Source of the DNA: Eledone cirrhosa
Lineage: Eukaryota
Direction: 5' to 3'
Assembly: GCA_964016885.1 (NCBI GenBank)
Contig: OZ024764.1
Coordinates: 27,218,001-27,282,000 of the forward strand
DNA length: 64,000 bases
The notes beneath the pieces are model-generated. The model was not told where the DNA came from. It saw only the letters and a list, made by a program, of their open reading frames with translations, and did no database searches. The position numbers were made by a program, and so were the translations under genes. The first letter of the stretch is position 1. Each line of letters opens with the position of its first letter. This document shows, one piece after another, positions 23,483 through 33,700 of this stretch.

Positions 23483-24174
23483 CTGGGGCATATATATATA
23501 TGTGTGTGTGTGTATATATATATATGTGTGTGTGTGTGTGTCCTTTCTGTTATTCGCTGCTATTTCTAAAGTGTCCATATATATATCATATATATATATA
23601 TATGATATATAAATATATGTAAGTGAGTTGCTATGACTGCTATTTCTAGCAGGTTTATTTTTAGCGTGTAAACTGCACACCCTCAAAATTTTTGCCTCGA
23701 TTTTTGCGATTAAGTAAGACAAAAGTTATCGTCCTTGTCAAAAATAAAATTTTACTATTATTGAAAATCTTTTGGCTGATTTTAAGCCAAAGTTTTTTAA
23801 TGGCTGCCACTTCCGGTTTTTGTTGTGCGTCTACAGGACTGCAGTAAACCTGCTAGAAATAGCAGTCATAGCAACACACTCACATATATTTATTTATGAG
23901 GGATTCTCAACGTGGGGTGCACGCCCCACAGGGGATAATTTGAATATAATAGGGGTCAATTTGAAAGTCATATAATACGACCCAACTCCCTGTTACACTT
24001 CGTATACACATGTTATCGTGTATCTGGCAGCACCTGCGAGAAGTTTGTTTACATTTTGGGGTTTGCTTTGATGATCGCTGCATCGCAGCTTTGTTTAAAT
24101 AAAGGGTTTCTACTTTATATTACAGTAATAACACTTTTACAAGACTCGGATTGTTTTTATATTAAAGGGGACAT
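22432..24174. repeat. Long palindrome 2: ~560-bp inverted arms of the same family, ~600-bp spacer
   Basis: atgttcccctttaatatagaaataaaccgagtc (22432 onward) pairs with gactcggattgtttttatattaaaggggacat (to 24174). ORFs 22642(-) and 23772(+) are homologous. Confidence 0.9.
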
Positions 24175-24817
24175 GTTTTTTAAACTCTGAACTCAGCATC
24201 TTTCTGTTGTTCTCCGGGATTCTAGCAAAGTATAAAAATATATATATATATATATAGATATATATATATATATCTGGCAGTCAACCTCAGACTCGAAAAA
24301 GCCGCCGCTAATCGTGATCGTTGGGGTTACAATTAGACTAAAGTGCTTCCACTGGGCACCATTAGCTGGTTGTGATCATTGGAGATTTCTTTCTGCGCTG
24401 AAAGAGCCTAGGACAAAAATATATATATATAGATGTCGAAACGGCAGTAGCACAGCCGTTGGGGTCCTGAATATTTTCACATCTATATATGTGTGTGTAT
24501 TCTGCGACATTTATAATTACATAAGCAAGCATATTTGAATAACAAAATTTGAGGTTTAAATACTTTATTTTTTACCAATAACATAGAGAAAGGCATGAAC
24601 AACACCACATGTTAATTACTTTAATATTGAAAGTAGGCTTATAAATATTAAAAAAGCAGATTTTTGTATCTTTCATGGTGGTCTGGTGGGTGATACCAGA
24701 GATGGTGGTAGTCCTGGTTTCGGTTTCAATCCTGGTCATGGGTTACATATAAGGTCTCATTTTTTTTTTCTTTCTTTCAGTTTTCTTCTTATCTCTAGAT
24801 ATAAATATATATACATA

Positions 24818-24924
24818 AGGTAATTTGGTAGAATTGTTAGAATATCAGATAGAATTCTTTGCAGTATTTTTCCTGTTCTTTACTCTGAGTTCAACTTTAC
24901 CTTTCTTCCATTCGGTGTCGATAA
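24818..24924 (+). mobile_element. Old, diverged copy of the tRNA-derived SINE
   Basis: tggtagaattgttag ... ctgagttcaa ... ctttacctttcttccattcggtgtcgataa aligns by eye with the reverse complement of 17040-17180. Confidence 0.55.
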
Positions 24925-25042
24925 GTCTTGAATATGTCTAACGTAGCAATAACTGCAGCTACTTAACCAAGTTTTCCCAACCTAGTCGATGTCACCTACT
25001 GGTTGGCGATTTAAACTGTTGGCTGGGACAATGACCAACTAA

Positions 25043-25290
25043 TCAGTCAGATTCGAACTCACTATGTCTGGCATATATTTTATATTTTATATTTGAATGA
25101 AGTTCTGTAAGTAACCTGGTGGCTTAGATGGCAATACTGCTCGAATAGATGGCTTCTATTATGAAGTTATAAGTTCATTCCCTATCCAGGATTGTAGAAT
25201 TAATTTTATTTAGTTATTATTTAATCAATTGTTTTAACAAACAAATTCTGTCTATAAAACGCCAAATATAGTGAGTTCAAATCTGACTGA
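25043..25290. mobile_element. MITE-like element, 248 bp, 30-bp terminal inverted repeats
   Basis: tcagtcagattcgaactcactatgtctggc (25043-25072) and gccaaatatagtgagttcaaatctgactga (25261-25290) are 27/30 complementary. No clear TSD. Confidence 0.6.
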
Positions 25291-25622
25291 CATGCATGGT
25301 ATATATTTATGTTTCATTATACAGCGACACAATACACAGGAACTTATAAAGATATGTATATATTGTCCAGGAGTTTCGAGTTTAGTGGGAATTGGTACAA
25401 CTCTCAATTGGAGCTAGTCCCTGCAAGACCAGCATAAATAATGTTATACCTTTTCATGAATTCTTGCACACCCGATATTTTATACATGATTATCTAAAGG
25501 TGAACAAAAACCAAAGAACATTGTGCAGCATTTCTCAACCTTTCTACCCATGTCGATCTCTTGAAATAGTTTTTATGTCTCAGGGAAGCCCTGCATAAAA
25601 TATACTTTTTCTATCTCTAGAG

Positions 25623-25675
25623 CAGTGGTTCCCAAATCGTGTGCTGCGAGATGAAACAAGATGAGCTGCAAAAGA
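25623..25675 (+). mobile_element. hAT (Charlie-like) left-terminal fragment
   Basis: ctctagag|cagtggttcccaaa: an NTCTAGAN target-type octamer directly before a CAGTGGTTCCCAAA terminus. Confidence 0.55.
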
Positions 25676-25736
25676 CTAAGATTAAGTTTTATGATGTGAA
25701 AAATATAAAACTGAAATTTCATATAAAAGTTCAAAT

Positions 25737-25975
25737 ATAGCTACAGCCACAAACCTAGGCTCCACACCCCGCAATGCAGAGGATAGTAAGATAGTAAGTA
25801 CCAAGGCCTGACTCACCTCTTCCACTCCATTGAGACCTCTGCCATACTTGGTCGCTGTACTGCTGATTTCCTCCATAAAGTCGGGAGGAAAGATGACAGG
25901 AGCCTCATGAGGAGGGGCGACTATTGTGGCAGGTGTCTCTGGCCTTGCTCCGAGGTAACGCTTTTACGTTTCTTC
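25737..25975 (+). pseudogene. Second, more decayed CRE-like endonuclease fragment
   Basis: Across frameshifts it reads AEDSK..KYQGLTHLFHSIETSAILGRCTADFLHKVGRK and EEGRLLWQVSLALLRGNAF. It shares ccgaggtaacgct (RGNA) with the 20251 fragment. Confidence 0.65.
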
Positions 25976-26179
25976 CACAGGTTGCGGCTGAGCGACCACT
26001 TAGACTGGGGTGAAGTGTTTGTCCCTCCCCCGACTTCTTACTTCTTTTTTTTTCTCCTTTTCATTTTCTTTTCTCTTCTTGCTTATCTCTGCTATACCAC
26101 GGCATCAAAAACATATATGATATATGTATGTATGGTATAGGTGTATTTATATTTAGGATAGTTATCAAAGGTAAATAGA

Positions 26180-27070
26180 CTGGTTGGAGCAATAACAGTC
26201 TTGTTTATGTATATACATATATATATATATTTACATGTTTGTTCTTGTATTTCCATAGAAAAGGTAAAGAAAAGAAGAGTGCTCTATGTATTGTACAGAG
26301 CTATTTAATTACATAATAAACAACAGAATGGAAAACATTCAGACAGAGAAGAATGGATAATGAGCGTTGTAAGAGAAATTGGCCAACAATTAATATTAAT
26401 GGAAATGTAGAAGAATTTCATATTAGTGATATGAATGTTTCGTGTGATCACTGTGGAGCTTTGAAATTTAGAAATGAAAATTGTAACTGTTGTAATAAAG
26501 GAAAGGTTGTGTTGCCACCATTGCAAATATACCCTGAGAGACTGAGAAATCTCTTTGAAAGAGGCCAGGAAGCAGTTGATTTCACAGAAACATCTGCAAT
26601 TAAAACTACATTTATTTCACTTCATTTGGTGTTACCACCCGGCAGAGGCCCGTATAGCTTTCATATTCAGGGTCAAACATATCACTACACCCCCATCTCT
26701 GTAACCTGCAGAAAATACACCACAATATGACCAGTTATATATTATTGATGGGAACGAAGGTGTGTAGCACAGATTGGAAGTACAACCAAATAATTGTTTC
26801 TGGCACAAGGCCAGCAATTACTGGTACTTTATTCTATCGACCTCATAAGGATGAAAACAAAGTCAACCTTGGAGGGATTTGAACCCAGAACGTAAATGGC
26901 CATAACCCTATGCTGTAAAGCATGGTGTCTGGCGCTCTACCGATACTGCCAATTCACTGCCCTAGTACCAACAAATAATGACTGCTCACCATAAAAAATG
27001 GCTATGATAAGAGAAGTGTTGCATGAACGTAATTCATATGTCGAAGTGTACAATACAATGCATGGCATCA
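26180..27070 (+). mobile_element. Partial direct duplicate of the Helitron 5' region (Zn-finger ORF 26353-26730 plus the same SINE)
   Basis: Matches 16351-17286 with scattered substitutions and a 30-bp deletion between two agaat repeats. Confidence 0.92.
26795..26963 (-). mobile_element. tRNA-derived SINE, same insertion site as 17012-17180
   Basis: Same sequence and same TSD (agtacaaccaaataat / agtaccaacaaataat). Confidence 0.8.
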
Positions 27071-27649
27071 CAAATGAATATATATATATATATATATATA
27101 TACTACTAAAGTGTATGTAAAATTTTAAAATAAATACTTAAATTCAATTTGTATAATTACACATACAATATGTTTTGTTGTAAAACCCTAAATAATGATT
27201 TAAGAAATGATGTCAATCTCTTTGTACAGAGAAAAACAATTTATATATATGCATTGTGTGCGCGTGTATACTCCATTTAAGACATTGAAAAACCTAGTAC
27301 CTCCTTCAAAGAATGTCAAATAGTTTATGCCTAAGGTGTAACACTAATTAAGTTACCGGTGTAGATATTTCAGTTGAACCCTGCTTCAAACATGCATATT
27401 ATTATTATATATTTTCAAACACACTTACATACATTATATTTATACACATAGAAATAATAAGTTAAAACTAAAGTATAATGATATAACAACAGCATATAAT
27501 AGTTTTCTTCACTTTATTGAAATGCAATCGTTTTAAAGAAAAAACATGACAGTATAAGAAATATTTAATATGATAACATAATATTTCAGGTAGGATGGTG
27601 GTTTCTCTATGATGGTGGTTTCTCTTTGAACTAATAATTGTTTCTATTT

Positions 27650-27780
27650 TAGGCACAAGGTCAGTAATTAACCAGTACATTACTAGTACTTTATTTTATC
27701 GACCCCGTAAGGATGAAAGGCAAAGTTGATCTCGGATCGTAAAGGGACGTAACTATGCTGGAAAGCATGGCGTCAGACCC
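27650..27780 (-). mobile_element. SINE copy whose tRNA head is truncated by the satellite
   Basis: ggcacaagg..tactttattttatcgaccccgtaaggatgaaaggcaaagttgatctcgg..aaagcatggcgtc is homologous to 17019-17150, then switches abruptly to the GA satellite. Confidence 0.75.
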
Positions 27781-30700
27781 GAGAGACAGAGAGAGCGAGA
27801 TTACACGAGACAGAGAGCGAGATGAAATGAGAGAGAGAGAGAGAGAGATGAAACGAGAGAGAGAGTGCGAGATGAAACGAGAGTGAGAGAGCGAGATGAA
27901 ACGAGAGAGTGAGAGCGAGATGAAATGAGAGAGAGAGAGAACGAGATGAAATGAGAGAGAGAGAGAGCGAGATGAAATGAGACATAGAGAGATGAAACGA
28001 GAGAGAGATGAAACGAGAAAGAGAGGAAACGAGAGAGAGGAAACGTGAGTAGAGAGCGAGATGAAACAGGAGAGAGAGAGCGAGATGAAAGGAGAGGGAG
28101 AGAGAGATGAAACGAGAGAGAGAGAGAGAGATAGAGGGAAATGAAACGACAGAGAGAGAGACAGATGAAACGAGGGATATAGAGATGAAACGAGAGAGAG
28201 AGATGAAACGAGAGAGAGGAAGAGAGAGATAGAACGAGAGAGAGGAAGAGAGAGATGAAACGAGAGAGAAGAAGACAGAGGTGAAACGAGAGAGAGAGAG
28301 AGCGAGATGAAACGAGAGAGAGAGCGAGATGAAACGAGAGAGAGGAAGAGAGAGAGCGAGAGATGAAACTCTGTCATGGACATATCTGACCCTGGGGCTA
28401 ATAATTGTCATGTAATGTTATGGACATCTCTGCCCCTGTGGCTAATAATTCTGTCATGTAATGTTATGGACATCTCTGCCCCTGTGGCTAATAATTCTGT
28501 CATGTAATGTTATGGAAATCTCTGCCCCTGTGGCTAATAATTCTGACATGGAATGTTATGGAATCTCTGCCCCTGTGGCTAATAAATCTGTCATTTAATG
28601 TTACGGACATCTCTGCCACTGTGGCTAATAAATCTGTCATGTAATGTTATGGACATCTCTGCCCCTGTGGCTAATAATTCTGACATGTAATGTTATGGAC
28701 ATCTCTGCCCCTGTAGCTAATAATTCTGACATGTAATGTTATGGACATCTCTGCCCCTGTGGCTAATAAATTCGTCATGTAATGTTATGGACATCTCTGC
28801 CCCTGTGGCTAATAAATCTGTCATGTAATGTTATGGACATCTCTGCCCCTGTGGCTAATAATTCTGACATGTAATGTTATGGACATCTCTGCCCCTGTGG
28901 CTAATAATTCTGACATGTAATGTTATGGACATCTCTGCCCCTGTGGCTAATAATTCTGAGAGAGATGAAACAAGTGAGGGATTAGAGAGAGATGAAACAA
29001 GTGAGGGATTAGAGTGTTGAAACAAGAGAGAGAGAGGAAGAGAGAGTGAGAGCGAGATGAAACGAGAGAGAGAGAGAGAGCGAGATGAAATGAGAGAGAG
29101 AGAGCGAGATGAAATGAGAGAGAGAGAGCGAGATGAAACGAGACAGAGAGAGCGGGATGAAACGTGACAGAGAGAGCAAGAGCGAGATGAAACGAGACAG
29201 AGAGAGCGAGATGAAACGAGAGAGAGAGAGCGAGATGAAATGAGAGAGAGAGAGCGAGATGAAATGAGAGAGAGAGAGCGAGATGAAACGAGAGAGTGAG
29301 AGCGAGATGGAACGAGACAGAGAGAGCGAGATGAAACGAGAGTAAGGGAGCTAGATGAAACGAGAGAGAGAGGAAACGAGAGATACGAAACGAGAGAGAG
29401 GAAACGAGAGTAGAGAGCGAGATGAAACAGGAGAGAGAGAGCGAGATGAAACAGGAGAGAGAAAGCGAGATGAAACGAGAGGGAGAGAGAGATGAAACGA
29501 GAGAGCGAGAGAGAGATAGAGGGAGATGAAACGACAGAGAGAGAGACAGATGAAACGAGGGAGATAGAGATGAAACGAGAGAGAGAGATGAAACGAGAGA
29601 GAGGAAGAGAGAGATGGAACGAGAGAGAGGAAGAGAGAGATGGAACGAGAGAGAGGAAGACAGAGATGAAACGAGAGAGAGAGAGAGCAAGATGAAACGA
29701 GAGAGAGGAAGAGAGAGATGGAACGAGAGAGAGGAAGAGAGAGATGGAACGAGCGAGAGGAAGACAGAGATGAAACGAGACAGAGAGAGATCGAGATGAA
29801 ACGAGAGAGAGGAAGAGAGAGAGCGCAAGATGAAACGAGAGAGAGAGAGAGAGCGAGATGAAACGAGAGAGAGGAAGAGAGAGAGCGCGAGATGAAACGA
29901 GAGAGAGGAAGAGAGAGAGCGCGAGATGAAGTGAGAGAGAGAGAGCGAGATGAAATGAGAGATTGAGAGTGAGATGAAACGAGAGAGTGAGAGAGAGCGA
30001 GATGAAATGAGAGAGAGAGAGCGAGATGAAATGAGAGAGAGAGAGCGAGATGAAATGAGAGAGAGAGAGCGAGATGAAACGAGACAGAGAGAGCGGGATG
30101 AAACGAGACAGAGAGATCGAGATGAAATGAGAGAGAGAGAGCGAGATGAAATGAGAGAGAGAGAGCGAGATGAAACGAGAGAGTGAGAGCGAGATGGAAC
30201 GAGTCAGAGAGAGCGAGATGATACGAGAGAGTGAGAGCTAGATGAAACGAGAGAGAGAGGAAACGAGAGAGAGAGGAAACTAGAGAGAGGAAACAAGAGA
30301 GAGGAAACGAGAGTAGAGAGCAAGATGAAACAGGAGAGAGAGAGAGCGAGATGAAACCGGAGAGAGAGAGCGAGATGAAACGAGAGGGAGGGAGAGATGA
30401 AACGAGAGAGCGAGAGAGAGATAGAGGGAGATGAAACGAGAGAGTGATAGCTAGATGAAACGAGAGAGAGAGGAATAGAGAGATGGAACGAGAGAGAGGA
30501 AGACAGATATGAAACGAGAGAGAGAGAGAGCGAGATGAAACGAGAGAGAGGAAGAGAGAGAGCGCGAGATGAAACGAGAGAGAGAGAGCGAGATGAAACG
30601 AGAGAGAGAGAGCGAGATGAAACGAGAGAGAGAGAGCGAGATGAAACGAGAGAGAGGAAGAGAGAGAGCGCGAGATGAAAGTCTGTCATGTAATGTTATG

Positions 30701-33700
30701 GACATATCTGCCCTTGGGGCTAATAATTGTCATGTAATGTTATGGACATATCTACCCTTGGGGCTAATAATTGTCATGTAATGTTATGTACATCTCTGCC
30801 CCTGTGGCAAATAATTCTGTCATGTAATGTTATAGACATCTCTGTCCCTGTGGCTAATAATTATGTCATGTAATGTTATGGACATCTCTGCCCCTGTGGC
30901 TAATAATTCTGTCATGTAATGTTATGGACATCTCTGCCCCTGTGGCTAATAAATTTGTCATGTAATGTTATGGACATCTCTGCCCCTGTGGCTAATAAAT
31001 CTGTCATGTAATGTTATGGACATCTCTGCCCCTGTGGCTAATAATTCTGACATGTAATGTTATGGATATCTCTGCCCCTGTGGCTAATAATTCTGAGAGA
31101 GATGAAACAAGTGAGGGATAAGAGAGAGATGAAACAAGTGAGGGATTAGAGTGTTGAAACAAGAGAGAGAGAGGAAGAGAGAGTGAGAGCGAGATCAAAC
31201 GAGAGAGAGAGAGAGAGCGAGATGAAATGAGAGAGAGAGAACGAGATGAAATGAGAGAGAGAGAGCGAGATGAAACGAGACAGAGAGAGCGGGATGAAAC
31301 GTGACAGAGAGAGCAAGAGCGAGATGAAACGAGACAGAGAGAGCGAGATGAAACGAGAGAGAGAGAGCGAGATGAAATGAGAGAGAGAGAGCGAGATGAA
31401 ATGAGAGAGAGAGAGCGAGATGAAACGAGAGAGTGAGAGCGAGATGGAACGAGACAGAGAGAGCGACATGAAACGAGAGTAGGAGAGCTAGATGAAACGA
31501 GAGAGAGAGGAAACGAGAGATACGAAACGAGAGAGAGGAAACGAGAGTAGAGAGCGAGATGAAACAGGAGAGAGAGAGCGAGATGAAACAGGAGAGAGAA
31601 AGCGAGATGAAACGAGAGGGAGAGAGAGATGAAACGAGAGAGCGAGAGAGAGATAGAGGGAGATGAAACGACAGAGAGAGAGACAGATGAAACGAGGGAG
31701 ATAGAGATGAAACGAGAGAGAGAGATGAAACGAGAGAGAGGAAGAGAGAGATGGAACGAGAGAGAGGAAGAGAGAGATGGAACGAGAGAGAGGAAGACAG
31801 AGATGAAACGAGAGAGAGAGAGAGCAAGATGAAACGAGAGAGAGGAAGAGAGAGATGGAACGAGAGAGAGGAAGAGAGAGATGGAACGAGCGAGAGGAGG
31901 ACAGAGATGAAACGAGACAGAGAGAGATCGAGATGAAACGAGAGAGAGGAAGAGAGAGAGCGCAAGATGAAACGAGAGAGAGAGAGAGAGCGAGATGAAA
32001 CGAGAGAGAGGAAGAGAGAGAGCGCGAGATGAAACGAGAGAGAGGAAGAGAGAGAGCGCGAGATGAAGTGAGAGAGAGAGAGCGAGAGGAAATGAGAGAT
32101 TGAGAGTGAGATGAAACGAGAGAGTGAGAGAGAGCGAGATGAAATGAGAGAGAGAGAGCGAGATGAAATGAGAGAGAGAGAGCGAGATGAAATGAGAGAG
32201 AGAGAGCGAGATGAAACGAGACAGAGAGAGCGGGATGAAACGAGACAGAGAGATCGAGATGAAATGAGAGAGAGAGAGCGAGATGAAATGAGAGAGAGAG
32301 AGCGAGATGAAACGAGAGAGTGAGAGCGAGATGGAACGAGTCAGAGAGAGCGAGATGAAACGAGAGAGTGAGAGCTAGATGAAACGAGAGAGAGAGGAAA
32401 CGAGAGAGAGAGGAAACTAGAGAGAGGAAACAAGAGAGAGGAAACGAGAGTAGAGAGCAAGATGAAACAGGAGAGAGAGAGAGCGAGATGAAACCGGAGA
32501 GAGAGAGCGAGATGAAACGAGAGGGAGGGAGAGATGAAACGAGAGAGCGAGAGAGAGATAGAGGGAGATGAAACGAGAGAGTGATAGCTAGATGAAACGA
32601 GAGAGAGAGGAATAGAGAGATGGAACGAGAGAGAGGAAGACAGATATGAAACGAGAGAGAGAGAGAGCGAGATGAAACGAGAGAGAGGAAGAGAGAGAGC
32701 GCGAGATGAAACGAGAGAGAGAGAGCGAGATGTAACGAGAGAGAGAGAGCGAGATGAAACGAGAGAGAGGAAGAGAGAGAGCGCGAGATGAAAGTCTGTC
32801 ATGTAATGTTATGGACATATCTGCCCTTGGGGCTAATAATTGTCATGTAATGTTATGGACATATCTACCCTTGGGGCTAATAATTGTCATGTAATGTTAT
32901 GTACATCTCTGCCCCTGTGGCAAATAATTCTGTCATGTAATGTTATGGACATCTCTGTCCCTGTGGCTAATAATTATGTCATGTAATGTTATGGACATCT
33001 CTGCCCCTGTGGCTAATAATTCTGTCATGTAATGTTATGGACATCTCTGCCCCTGTGGCTAATAAATTTGTCATGTAATGTTATGGACATCTCTGCCCCT
33101 GTGGCTAATAAATCTGTCATGTAATGTTATGGACATCTCTGCCCCTGTGGCTAATAATTCTGACATGTAATGTTATGGATATCTCTGCCCCTGTGGCTAA
33201 TAATTCTGAGAGAGATGAAACAAGTGAGGGATAAGAGAGAGATGAAACAAGTGAGGGATTAGAGTGTTGAAACAAGAGAGAGAGAGGAAAAGAGAGTGAG
33301 AGCGAGATCAAACGAGAGAGAGAGAGCAAGATGAAATGAGAGAGTGAGAGCGAGATGAAACGAGAGAGAGAGAGCGAGATGAAATGAGAGAGAGAGAGCG
33401 AGATGAAATGAGAGAGAGAGAGCGAGATGAAACGAGACAGAGAGAGCGAGGTGAAACGAGAGAGAGAGAGAGCGAAATGAAACGAGACAGATTAGAGCGA
33501 GATGAAACGAGAGAGAGAGAGCGAGATGAAATGAGAGAGAGAGAGCGAGATGAAACGAGAGAGTGAGAGCTAGAGGAAACGATAGAGAGAGGAAACGAGA
33601 GAGAGAGGAAACGAGAGAGAGGATACGAGAGTGAGGAAACGAGAGTAGAGAGCGAGATGAAACAGGAGAGAGAGAGCGAGATGAAACAGGAGAGAGAGAG

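Larger units (their letters stand above)
16351..27780. repeat. Non-satellite core of macro-unit 1 (duplicated at 44028-54337)
   Basis: ORFs recur at constant offsets: 16528/44205 (+27677), 20470/48149 (+27679), 25392/51949 and 27468/54025 (+26557). The sequences are nearly identical by eye. Confidence 0.97.

Noticed and set aside
21190-23975. Repeated '[14 protein letters not shown]' ORFs and YI/CV-rich ORFs
   Set aside because: These are short frames with non-ATG starts inside the palindrome arms, or translations of TA/CA microsatellites.
24676-24760. Gly-rich (plus) or Pro-rich (minus) mini-exon
   Set aside because: Too short, stops in the Pro-rich frame, and no convincing splice context.
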